Shown one piece after another: positions 28,336 through 37,851 of a stretch of 60,626 nucleotides of DNA. How positions within the stretch are numbered: position 1 is the first letter of the stretch; every line of letters starts with the position of its first letter. The position numbers were made by a program, and so were the translations under genes. The notes under the pieces were generated by a model that searched no databases, was not told where the DNA came from, and saw nothing but the letters and a program-made list of their open reading frames with translations. The stretch covers positions 1 through 60,626 of the forward strand of contig JBHLLJ010000004.1 in assembly GCA_048885705.1 (NCBI GenBank), given 5' to 3'. The stretch is from Candidatus Hermodarchaeota archaeon. Its GTDB lineage: Archaea > Asgardarchaeota > Lokiarchaeia > Sigyniarchaeales > SOKP01.

Positions 28336-29538
28336 TTAACTTTGTTTTTTTTTCTTCTTTAATAATTCTAAATTAGCATCTAGATCAAACATTACATTAA
28401 CGCGTCCAGAACCGATGGGACTGATTTGCCCTACGATGACATTCTCGGGAATGCCAAGTAAACGCTCTTCTTCGCCGTAAAGCCCTGCATCTAATAATTG
28501 ATTTACTGTAACCTCAAAAGCAGCTCTTGCAAACACACTAGATTTTGAACCTGAAATCCCATGTCTACCTATCGATTGTATTGATCCAGAATAACACATT
28601 AGATCAGCTAAGATTAAAAGATGTCTCAAATCTACGTCTAATCCCTGTTGTTCAAGTACTTTTTGAGATTCTAATATTATCATTTGACGCGCTGCCTCAA
28701 TTCCATAGAGTTTTTCTATCTCATGAATATGATTTGATACTGTTCTGGTGATATCTACTCCTTCTATTTGAATAACACTTGGTAGATTTGTACCTTCAGT
28801 TTTTATTATCCATTCTTCACCATCATCAGAAGGAGTTAGTAAACCTCTTTTTACACCTCTAATTCCTTTCACTACTTTTTTAAGAATTTTTTCCCTTAAT
28901 TTTTGCAAACTTTGTAAATCTTCAATGCCTGGATCAATAATAATAGAATTATCTTCACGTTTAATTGTGCCTTTTTTCTTGTAACGCTTCAAAATTTCTG
29001 GTATTTCATTAATATCAATCCCTTTTTTTTCACATATTTCAGGGATTAAGTTAATAACAATATTCCAATTCACAAAATCTAAATCTATATCATGAATAAT
29101 TTGTTCAATACGAATTTGTTCAATTCGATTATGTACTTCAATTGCTTTACCTTCAGATTCCGAATAAGGTTTTTCAAGATACACAGACATTTGTGGTGTA
29201 CTTGGAAAGCGACGTGCATCTACGATTTCTATTAGCCGAGGTAATCCTTGTGTAACAGAGAACTCTTCTACACCTGCATAATGAAATGTACGAAGCGTCA
29301 TTTGAGTCCCTGGCTCACCAATTGATTGTGCTGCAACCGTACCAACAGGTTCTGAAGTTTCAACGATCGCATTATTAAAATTAATGAAGATTTTATTTAA
29401 AAGGTATTCAAGTTGTTCTATTTGTAAATCTTCATTAATGACTTTTTCTCTAATTCTAACTATTAAATCTTCTGGAATACCATCTTCTTTTAAGATTTCT
29501 AATTGTTCATCTAAATATTTTGGAGTTACTTTTGTCAT
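28336..29538 (-). CDS. rpoA2: DNA-directed RNA polymerase subunit A''
   Basis: [53 protein letters not shown]. Confidence 0.98.
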   Translation of the reverse strand: MTKVTPKYLDEQLEILKEDGIPEDLIVRIREKVINEDLQIEQLEYLLNKIFINFNNAIVETSEPVGTVAAQSIGEPGTQMTLRTFHYAGVEEFSVTQGLPRLIEIVDARRFPSTPQMSVYLEKPYSESEGKAIEVHNRIEQIRIEQIIHDIDLDFVNWNIVINLIPEICEKKGIDINEIPEILKRYKKKGTIKREDNSIIIDPGIEDLQSLQKLREKILKKVVKGIRGVKRGLLTPSDDGEEWIIKTEGTNLPSVIQIEGVDITRTVSNHIHEIEKLYGIEAARQMIILESQKVLEQQGLDVDLRHLLILADLMCYSGSIQSIGRHGISGSKSSVFARAAFEVTVNQLLDAGLYGEEERLLGIPENVIVGQISPIGSGRVNVMFDLDANLELLKKKKKQS

Positions 29539-29570
29539 TAATATCTTTCCTTTAATTTAATTTATTTAAT

Positions 29571-32474
29571 TCATTTTTTTTCTTTCCATTCTATATATGC
29601 ATTGGTTTCTTTACCACGCCAAACAGCTTTTTTCCCCGTCTCTTCCTCAAATTGAGCTTTTAAAGAATCCTCATCTATTACTTTTTTTTCTGGTTTTACT
29701 TTAGTTTCAGGTTTTTCACCTTTCTTTTCCTCAGATTTAGCTTTTTTTATAGTAGAACCCTTTTTAATCTCTTCTCGTACCTCTTCAACATTGAGTGCTT
29801 TTGCTTTTAATAATAGAACGTCTAAATTCACCGCTGCGCCATGATCAGTGTGCATTGCATCAATACCATCATCTCCAAAGCAAAACTGAATTACATTTTT
29901 ATCAGAATTCCTGACAGTACCGTCATTTTCGACAACCATATCCTGTAATGCATTAACCAATCTACGTTGCATGTATCCCGATGTGGATGTTCTTACAGCT
30001 GTGTCAACTAATCCTTCTCTTCCACCCATAGCATGGAAAAAGAATTCTTCTGGCTTTAATCCATTTCTATATGAAGAAGAAACAAATCCTCTTGATTTAG
30101 GTGATAGATCGTTAATTTTAAAGTGAGGCAATGTTCTCATACTATATCCTCGATTAATTCTTTCACCTCTAATAGCTTGTTGTCCTACAACAGCGGACAT
30201 CTGTCCTAAATTCAAAATATTCCCTCTTGCACCAGATTTTGTCATGATAACTGAATGAGCTTCATCTCCAATAAAGTCTGCAGCAGTCTCTTCAGCTTTT
30301 TTTCTGGCTTCTGCTAAAACTTGTCTGATTCTTAACTCTAAAGTCTCTCTCATTGAACGCCCAGGAGCTCTTTTAAGAATTTTTGTATCATTTTCATAAA
30401 AAGCATTGATTAATTTTTCGGATTCTTTATTTGCTTCTTTTAATATCTTTTGAATTGCATCATAAGCATGTCCGTGTACATAAACTTCATCTAATCCCAT
30501 TGTCATTCCATTCTGTCGAATGACATATAAAAGCATCTTTGTAGCACTGTCTAAAAATATTCTTCCCCGTGCATTTCCGTGATCTTTAATAATGCGTTGC
30601 AATATACTATTTGATTGCATGGCACCAAACGAGTTTTCATCAATAGTTCCAGTGATTAAATGCCCATTCTTAATTACAACGTAGGCATCATAAGGGCATT
30701 GTTCTTCTTCACATATTTTGCATTTTTTGCAAAACTTAGATTTTACTTTAATATTAAGATCATCTGGGAATAATGTACTGAAGATATCTTTACCGGAATA
30801 CATTGGTGTTGGGTCAGTTATCACAGGAGTGAGCCAATCCAAACTAAAATTAGGATTATTTTTAAATACATCTCCAGTATATAATAATTTTAATGCGTCT
30901 TTTTTAGTGTATAAAGAATCTTTACTCGTAAATTGAAATACGCTTGAAATAAAGTCCTGAATACCTCCTAATATTGGTCCACCAAATCTCGGAGATAATA
31001 TATGTTCTTGGACTTTAAGAAGTAGTTCTGCTTCTGTACGTGCTTCTTCGCTTTGAGGTACATGCAGATTCATTTCATCTCCATCAAAATCAGCATTATA
31101 TGGTGGACATACAGTTAAATTTAACCGAAATGTTCTTCCTTCCATTATTTTCACTTCATGAGCCATTATTGACATTCTATGAAGAGAAGGTTGACGATTA
31201 AATAAGACTAAATCTCCATTGTTTAAATGTCGCTCAATTGTAAAGCCTGGAGCAAGCATATCTGCAATAATTTTTCGATTCTTTACATATCGAAGATCAA
31301 TTCTTCTACGATCGTTCCTAATGATATAATTTGCGCCTGGATGCTTAAACGGTCCATTTAAGACCATTTGTTTCATTTCCTCAATATTCCAATCGTTAAC
31401 ATTAGTGGGGATTGTTAAAATTTTTGCTATTTCTATAGGAACACCTACATCATTAATACTGATATAAGGATTTGGTGATATCACACTACGAGCAGAGAAA
31501 TCAACCCTTTTACCACTTAAATTACTTCTAAATCGCCCTTCTTTACCTTTTAACCTCTGAGTTAATGTCCTTAGCGCTCTACCAGATCGGTGCCTAGCGG
31601 GAGGAATACCCGATACTTGGTTATCAAAATAGGTTGTGATATGATATTGTAATAATTCCCAAAGGTCCTCAACTATTAAATGGGGCGCTCCTGCATCGAT
31701 ATTTTCTCTTAATCTTTGATTGATTCTAATAACATCAACTAATTTATGGGTTAAATCATCCTCAGAACGAATACCACTGTCTAATGTAATTGATGGTCTA
31801 GCACATACAGGCGGAATTGGTAAAACCGTAAAAACTACCCATTCAAGACGAGCATTCTCCGGAGAGATTCCAAGTGTCCTAAGATCAACATCATTCATCT
31901 TTTTTAGACGCTCTAAAATCTCAATAGGTGTTAATCTCCGTGAACCTTTTCCTTCTTCTTCTTCATAAAAGGTTGTAGGCTTTTCAATAATTATCTTTTT
32001 CTTTTTTGCACCACAATAGGGGCATATTTTGGTCTTTCTTGCTCGTTTAAAGACAATTTTTGCAGCATCTTCATCACCTTCAAAGAAAATCTTTCGATGC
32101 TTGATTTGTTCGTCTCTAAATTTCTCTTTTTCATCTGTTGTAAGCATTAAACGTGAACATTCAGGACAAATACTACGTAAAACTTTTAAGACTTTTTTGG
32201 CATACCCTACATGAAGAACTGGTCTAGCAAGTTCTATATGGCCAAAATGACCCATACAATTACTTACAAGATTACCACAAGTTTGGCAACGTTGACCTGG
32301 CTCAATAGTACCTAATCTTTGATCCATAAGACCACTTGGAATTGGTAGGCCATCTTCATCATATGTATCTGCTGTTATTATACGAGCAGCAGACATTTTT
32401 CGAATCTCATCTGGACTAAGCAGACCAAACTTGATCTTTTCAATCATCTTTGTCCTTGAAAAAACATAGCTCAT
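29571..32474 (-). CDS. rpoA1: DNA-directed RNA polymerase subunit A'
   Basis: C.GHFGHIEL, GKEGRFR.NLSGKRVDFSAR, NRQPSLH, YNADFDGDEMN, GGREGLVDTAVRT..SGY.QRRL. Confidence 0.99.
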   Translation of the reverse strand: MSYVFSRTKMIEKIKFGLLSPDEIRKMSAARIITADTYDEDGLPIPSGLMDQRLGTIEPGQRCQTCGNLVSNCMGHFGHIELARPVLHVGYAKKVLKVLRSICPECSRLMLTTDEKEKFRDEQIKHRKIFFEGDEDAAKIVFKRARKTKICPYCGAKKKKIIIEKPTTFYEEEEGKGSRRLTPIEILERLKKMNDVDLRTLGISPENARLEWVVFTVLPIPPVCARPSITLDSGIRSEDDLTHKLVDVIRINQRLRENIDAGAPHLIVEDLWELLQYHITTYFDNQVSGIPPARHRSGRALRTLTQRLKGKEGRFRSNLSGKRVDFSARSVISPNPYISINDVGVPIEIAKILTIPTNVNDWNIEEMKQMVLNGPFKHPGANYIIRNDRRRIDLRYVKNRKIIADMLAPGFTIERHLNNGDLVLFNRQPSLHRMSIMAHEVKIMEGRTFRLNLTVCPPYNADFDGDEMNLHVPQSEEARTEAELLLKVQEHILSPRFGGPILGGIQDFISSVFQFTSKDSLYTKKDALKLLYTGDVFKNNPNFSLDWLTPVITDPTPMYSGKDIFSTLFPDDLNIKVKSKFCKKCKICEEEQCPYDAYVVIKNGHLITGTIDENSFGAMQSNSILQRIIKDHGNARGRIFLDSATKMLLYVIRQNGMTMGLDEVYVHGHAYDAIQKILKEANKESEKLINAFYENDTKILKRAPGRSMRETLELRIRQVLAEARKKAEETAADFIGDEAHSVIMTKSGARGNILNLGQMSAVVGQQAIRGERINRGYSMRTLPHFKINDLSPKSRGFVSSSYRNGLKPEEFFFHAMGGREGLVDTAVRTSTSGYMQRRLVNALQDMVVENDGTVRNSDKNVIQFCFGDDGIDAMHTDHGAAVNLDVLLLKAKALNVEEVREEIKKGSTIKKAKSEEKKGEKPETKVKPEKKVIDEDSLKAQFEEETGKKAVWRGKETNAYIEWKEKK

Positions 32475-32740
32475 AAGTAAATTACCTCCAATAGAATAGT
32501 TTTATTAAATAAATTTGAAGAAGGAGTGGAATTCATAGGAGAAAACATCCTCTATAATTGTTATAATATGTTATTTTTAAAAAATAAGAATACGAGTCTT
32601 CCACTGTACGTAAATAAAGATAGCAAATATTAAAAATTTTACTGTTTTGGGCATTTTTAAATTTAAAATAGATTTAAATAGATAAATTTGTTTTTGGTAT
32701 TTTAAATATATTTTAATGTAAACAAAAGGTAAAAAAGAAA

Positions 32741-34234
32741 ATGAAATCCTATAAAATTAGAAGACTTTTAGCTTTGATTTTAGGATTTATTCTCATATTG
32801 GGATTATTTACTTTGAATTCATGGGCACAAGATGGTCCTCCAAATCCTGAAGATGCTTTTAATGGCCGTACATTTGATGAAAACTATTGGGATGAGGATA
32901 TTTACAATAATTCTAAATGGGATCATCCAGAAGTTAGACCTGAAGTATCGTGGCAAGATAATACTTGGAATATGAAATGGATGAAGGAAGGTAATTTTGA
33001 GATGGGGATGATGGCATTTATTGATAAAAACCAAGAAGAGAGTGGGGAAAGTGTAATGTACACTACTCCTGCACAAATGTGGTGGCAACATGCTTATCTT
33101 AATGGGTCCGAGATTTATATTGCCTCAATGCATTGCGCTTGGTTTGGATTTGCTGATAAAAATAATACAGACATGTATGAAGATGGTGAAGAAATTACTC
33201 CATTTTTCTATATGGGTTCTAATAATACGGAATTGAGAGAGACAGTAGGTATTAAATCAAATCCAAAAACGATAGCAAAACCTTTAGAGCGTACAGTAAG
33301 CGGATCAACTGTTACTTACAAATGGGGTTATAATTATACTGATATTGTCTTTTATGTGCCTAACATAAACCATACTCTAACTGGATTTGGGTTTGAATGG
33401 GGCTTTAATTATTCTGATCCAGGATCTTATATTAATGGTTCACATGTGATTGGGAATCAAACTTATCTATCCTATGAATATACACTAGATATTGATACAG
33501 CTTTAGGTGTTGCAACCCTATATCAAGATTATGAAACTGGTAAATTTGGGACATTAATGTATAGAGAAAATGAGACCTCTCCTTGGGTAGAAGCCCATTC
33601 TGGAGAACAGGGTTATATGCCTGAATACTGGGCGATGTGTTTAGGCACATGGTCATTTATTTGGGCTGAACAAGATTGGTCATTAACGGATCATGCTTTA
33701 GGTGAAATCAATGCAACTGTTCATAAAACAGGATTAACTACAGTTGAAACTACCTTGGGTGGAGCGCATGCATTTGATTTTAGATTTAGTCAAAAACCAA
33801 CTTATCACCTAACACATCATAATGGAACAGACATGGGTGATAAGGATGTGCTTTATGAATGCTTAGATGTAAATGCAGATAATGAATTCATTGAATTCGT
33901 GTCAGGGATGCTTCCGTTAGTCGGAGAGTTCGGTCGTTTAATATGTTGCTATGCCATTAATCAAACAAATAGATTCGTTGATGGAATTCCGTTTGATCTG
34001 GTCTGGAATGATTTGGAACCTAATAAAACAGCTGCATTTTTTGTTACTGCTTATCCTGACTATGGGGAAGGTCAAGGAGGAATACTAAAACATGATCCGG
34101 TGTTTACTGCTTATTTCAGTCCTGCAATAGACGCTATTATTCCAGGTTACAAAGTAGAGATTCTTACTGTGGCTTCATTAGTAGGAATAACAATTGTAAT
34201 AATAACTAAAAAGAAGCTCAAAAAAAGGATTTGA
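32741..34234 (+). CDS. Secreted cell-surface protein with C-terminal IPGY-TM-basic (Loki-CTERM-like) sorting signal
   Basis: Signal peptide (basic + hydrophobic + SWA), many N-x-S/T sequons, HDP motif, ends IIPGY + TM + KKKLKKR. Confidence 0.8.
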   Translation: MKSYKIRRLLALILGFILILGLFTLNSWAQDGPPNPEDAFNGRTFDENYWDEDIYNNSKWDHPEVRPEVSWQDNTWNMKWMKEGNFEMGMMAFIDKNQEESGESVMYTTPAQMWWQHAYLNGSEIYIASMHCAWFGFADKNNTDMYEDGEEITPFFYMGSNNTELRETVGIKSNPKTIAKPLERTVSGSTVTYKWGYNYTDIVFYVPNINHTLTGFGFEWGFNYSDPGSYINGSHVIGNQTYLSYEYTLDIDTALGVATLYQDYETGKFGTLMYRENETSPWVEAHSGEQGYMPEYWAMCLGTWSFIWAEQDWSLTDHALGEINATVHKTGLTTVETTLGGAHAFDFRFSQKPTYHLTHHNGTDMGDKDVLYECLDVNADNEFIEFVSGMLPLVGEFGRLICCYAINQTNRFVDGIPFDLVWNDLEPNKTAAFFVTAYPDYGEGQGGILKHDPVFTAYFSPAIDAIIPGYKVEILTVASLVGITIVIITKKKLKKRI

Positions 34235-34339
34235 GAGTAAAACCTTTAAGAATAAATCTAACATTTTTTTATTAATTTATTTTAAATTTTAGATTTAATT
34301 AGAAGAGTTAAATTTTTTAAATTATTTAGATAATTATTA

Positions 34340-34948
34340 ATGAAGATTATTGATGTTCTAAGAACTAAACTTGTCCTCTTTTTAATTCAAACCCTAATTT
34401 TGAATTTTTTTGTTTTTTTTTTTGGATATAACATTAGTCTTAGTTTTGATATAGGAACATCTTTAGAGCAAAGAGTAATCATTCAATTTTTGGCAAATTA
34501 TACCTTATTTGATTTCTTGCCTAGTTTATTTTTTATTTATTCTATTTGGATTTCAGTCTCCTTAATTCCTATTTTTATTTATAAAGATTTTAAAAAATCC
34601 TATTCAATGAATTTGTTAACATTTTTTTTCCCTAATTTTTTACTTTATGTATTTTTATCTAGATATGCAAAAGGATATTTTGACTCATTTTTTGTCTTTC
34701 ATCTTATACATACAATATTACTTGGAATTGTATTAATTTTTCTTTCAATTGTCCTTTCTTTTATTATTAAAAAAATCTTAAAATCTAAAGTTGTTCAGCG
34801 AATAGAGGATTTACATGAAATTGTTAAAGCTGGGAAGATTATTTGTCCAAAATGTGGAATAGAGTTTGAGTCTATACCCAAAATTTGCTATAATTGTAAC
34901 ACTAATTTAATAATAAAGATTGAAGACAAAAAGAGTGAAGAAGAATAG
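34340..34948 (+). CDS. Membrane protein with C-terminal zinc ribbon
   Basis: About 4 TM segments, then CPKCG...ICYNC. Confidence 0.75.
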   Translation: MKIIDVLRTKLVLFLIQTLILNFFVFFFGYNISLSFDIGTSLEQRVIIQFLANYTLFDFLPSLFFIYSIWISVSLIPIFIYKDFKKSYSMNLLTFFFPNFLLYVFLSRYAKGYFDSFFVFHLIHTILLGIVLIFLSIVLSFIIKKILKSKVVQRIEDLHEIVKAGKIICPKCGIEFESIPKICYNCNTNLIIKIEDKKSEEE

Positions 34949-34989
34949 CAATCCAAAACAATTTATGTCTTCTTTAATTTACGTTATCA

Positions 34990-35955
34990 ATGTTAGGAGA
35001 ACTTATCGCAATATTAGCTGTATTAACCTTTGTTGTATCTAATGTTATTTTTAGAAAGACTGAGAATCAAGCAAGCCCCACTTTTATTAATTTTTTTCGA
35101 ACTGCAATTGGTACTATAACCTTCCTCTTAATTGTTTTATTTTTAAATATGCTAAATCTTATCATTATAATACCCTGGGAATTATGGATATTATTGATTT
35201 TAAGCTTTGTCTTTGGTCAAGTAATCGGGGATACTGCTTATTTTACAGCCCAAAAAGAATTGGGAACAACAATAACTCTTGCTATTTCAATGACATTTCC
35301 CCTTTTTACATTTATATTATCTCTTATCTTTTTCAATCAAGTTTTTAAACTGAATTTAGTATTATCTCTAATTTTGATCGGTAGTGGAGTTATTATTATC
35401 GGAAATTCTAAAACTAATTCTGAGAAAGAGAAGCCGCAGAGGAACAATATTTCAGATCAATCATCACAAGAAATTTTAAAAAAAAAATATATAAAAGCAA
35501 TAGGATTTTGTTTCGCAGCCTCCTTTGGATGGGCTATTGGGGCTGTTTTAATTGAGTTTGCAACAACTCGAATTGATGAAATTATTAATATTAAAGAATT
35601 AAGCTCTGTGATAGGGAATTTTATTAGGTTTCCATTTGCATTAATGATTTTGGGTTCAATGGTGGTGAGAGAAAATCATATATTAAAAAAAAATAAATCT
35701 ATATCTTACCAGAAGAAAACATTACATTCGTGGATTCTTTTATTAGTTGCTTCAATTATAGGAACTTCATTAGGCGCATATTTATATACTGAGTCCGTAC
35801 ATCTAGCAGGTGCAAGTATAGTTTCATTAATAGCTACTGCTAGCCCATTATTTGCTCTTCCATTAACATATCTTGTCAATAAAGAACGTATTTCCATGTT
35901 TGGTTTGATTGGAGTTATATTGACAATTTTAGGAGTAATATTCATCCTAATATGA
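34990..35955 (+). CDS. DMT/EamA family transporter
   Basis: Ten TM segments in two repeats; GD.AYF.A...LG, PLF, KERIS...G. Confidence 0.9.
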   Translation: MLGELIAILAVLTFVVSNVIFRKTENQASPTFINFFRTAIGTITFLLIVLFLNMLNLIIIIPWELWILLILSFVFGQVIGDTAYFTAQKELGTTITLAISMTFPLFTFILSLIFFNQVFKLNLVLSLILIGSGVIIIGNSKTNSEKEKPQRNNISDQSSQEILKKKYIKAIGFCFAASFGWAIGAVLIEFATTRIDEIINIKELSSVIGNFIRFPFALMILGSMVVRENHILKKNKSISYQKKTLHSWILLLVASIIGTSLGAYLYTESVHLAGASIVSLIATASPLFALPLTYLVNKERISMFGLIGVILTILGVIFILI

Positions 35956-35966
35956 TTTAAAAGTAA

Positions 35967-37046
35967 TTATTGATAATATTCTTCGAATAACTTTAATTCC
36001 TCCGAAATTTTTTCTAATTCAGTAAGCTCTGTTTCTGTTGGTGGTTCTTCTTCATAAATATCAAATAATTTTTGTTTAAGATTTTTTCTTACTAGCTTCT
36101 CTAATTTATTTATTTTTTGTTTGGTCGCAAAATATTTTATTAGTTTAAATTTCAGTTTATTAATCTTCTTTTCCCATTCTTTAGTAAATTCACCATCTTG
36201 AATTTCTTTTAAGATTTTTTCCATTTTATCACGAAGGGGGAGTTTCCTAAACCGTATACCTCTACTCATAGCTCCATATTGGCTTGTCTGAGAATGAAAG
36301 TTTACTTGTTTAACTAATCCTACCTCTGCCATCTTTTTATATGTATAAGACATCTCATTACTCATATACATTTCAATTAAGACCGCTTCTGGGGGATATC
36401 CTGCGTCAATGAGTGTGTATATGCTCGTTAGTAATACTCTTCCAAATGCGGGTCCAAAAGCTTGTTCATTAAACAAATCTAATTCTGCTTCTTGTTTGAA
36501 TGTTAACATTATCGCTCCTTTTTTTAAAGTTCCGATACCTTTTGCTAATGCAAGTAGAATCTCCTTAGCTTGCCCCGTAGCATTTTGTTCTATGGCAATA
36601 AAACTAAAGAACCCTATATTTCTCAGAAAATTCTCTCTTACTCCAACTCCAATCATTCTGGGAGCAATTAATACAACATCTATGTTATTAGGTGGTTTTA
36701 ATATGTTGAAACCAATATTATATCCACTAGCAAACACAATTGTACATTTTGGTTTTAAATTCGGTTTAATATCCCGCTCAAATATATTATTCAAAATCTC
36801 ATCTGGGAGAAGAAGGAAGATAATATCTGATTGTTTAGTGACTTCTTTAATTGGAAAAACTGAAAAATTATCCTTTAAAGCGATATTTTTGTATCTATCT
36901 TCAATATTACCTACGATAATATTTAAACCAGAATCTCTCAAGTTAAGTGCTTGAGCCCTCCCTTGGTTTCCATATCCAATAATGCCTATTGTTTTTTCTT
37001 TTAAAATTGAAAGTTCTCCATCTTCATTATGATATATATCAACCAT
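35967..37046 (-). CDS. ilvC: Ketol-acid reductoisomerase (divergent)
   Basis: IGIIGYGNQGRAQALNLRDSG, LLPDE, F..E.ELDLF.EQ, L.DAGY.PE, S.TSQYG. Confidence 0.88.
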   Translation of the reverse strand: MVDIYHNEDGELSILKEKTIGIIGYGNQGRAQALNLRDSGLNIIVGNIEDRYKNIALKDNFSVFPIKEVTKQSDIIFLLLPDEILNNIFERDIKPNLKPKCTIVFASGYNIGFNILKPPNNIDVVLIAPRMIGVGVRENFLRNIGFFSFIAIEQNATGQAKEILLALAKGIGTLKKGAIMLTFKQEAELDLFNEQAFGPAFGRVLLTSIYTLIDAGYPPEAVLIEMYMSNEMSYTYKKMAEVGLVKQVNFHSQTSQYGAMSRGIRFRKLPLRDKMEKILKEIQDGEFTKEWEKKINKLKFKLIKYFATKQKINKLEKLVRKNLKQKLFDIYEEEPPTETELTELEKISEELKLFEEYYQ

Positions 37047-37116
37047 TTCAATTACACCTCAACTTTTAACCCATTCCTATAGAATTATTAATTAGAAAAT
37101 GGATTTTTATTGTTCT

Positions 37117-37725
37117 TTATAATAATCGATCAAAATCCAACTTGTTTCTATTTAATATTTTGATTACAAGTTGCTTAAAAATTATGTTAATATTATAATT
37201 TTCTTTTGAAGAAGTTTTATAAAATTCATTTTCTTCATGTCTTTCCATAAATCTTTTGATAACCAAATCATCTACTTTAGTTTTTTCATCTGCTGTTTTA
37301 ACAAGATCATTTTTAGCCCCAATACACATTCTCGGTGTGAGTGCATGATTGTATTCTGACAGTCTCTCATACCACCAGTCTAATCTTAATAATGTTTGAA
37401 GATCTATAAGATTAAAAACCATAAAAATCCCATTAGCACCATTAATATAATAGGGAAATAGCTTTTTGAACTGCTCTCGTCCACCAAAATCCCAGATACT
37501 AAGTCGTACAAATGATTTTTCACCATCAACAATAATAGGAAGATCTTTTGTATAAAATTCAATCCCTAACGTTTCTTTTGTATTAACATCAAATGTATCA
37601 AAACATAATCGTCTTGCGATACAAGTCTTCCCAACTCGTTCTTGACCTAGAATTGTTATTTTAAAAATGTAAGCTGGTTTCCCCTTGCCATTCGTCTCAG
37701 AAAAGCTATTAATGTGCTCAGACAT
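37117..37725 (-). CDS. Rab-like small GTPase
   Basis: FKI.ILGQERVGKT, TLGIEF, IWDFGGREQF, GAKND, TSSK. Confidence 0.9.
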   Translation of the reverse strand: MSEHINSFSETNGKGKPAYIFKITILGQERVGKTCIARRLCFDTFDVNTKETLGIEFYTKDLPIIVDGEKSFVRLSIWDFGGREQFKKLFPYYINGANGIFMVFNLIDLQTLLRLDWWYERLSEYNHALTPRMCIGAKNDLVKTADEKTKVDDLVIKRFMERHEENEFYKTSSKENYNINIIFKQLVIKILNRNKLDFDRLL

Positions 37726-37788
37726 GAAATTAAAAGTTCAATTATACTTAAAAAAAACAAACTTATTATTAAAAAATAAAAGCTTGGA

Positions 37789-37811
37789 TTTATAGGTTTT
37801 GAACCTATAAA
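37789..37811. promoter_or_regulatory. Perfect 10-bp inverted repeat TTTATAGGTT-ttg-AACCTATAAA
   Basis: Exact inverted repeat between the phosphoesterase stop and the GTPase start; function (operator or terminator) unknown. Confidence 0.4.
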
Positions 37812-37851
37812 AATAATTTAGTGCTGAAATCTGTTAACATTCTATTGATCT

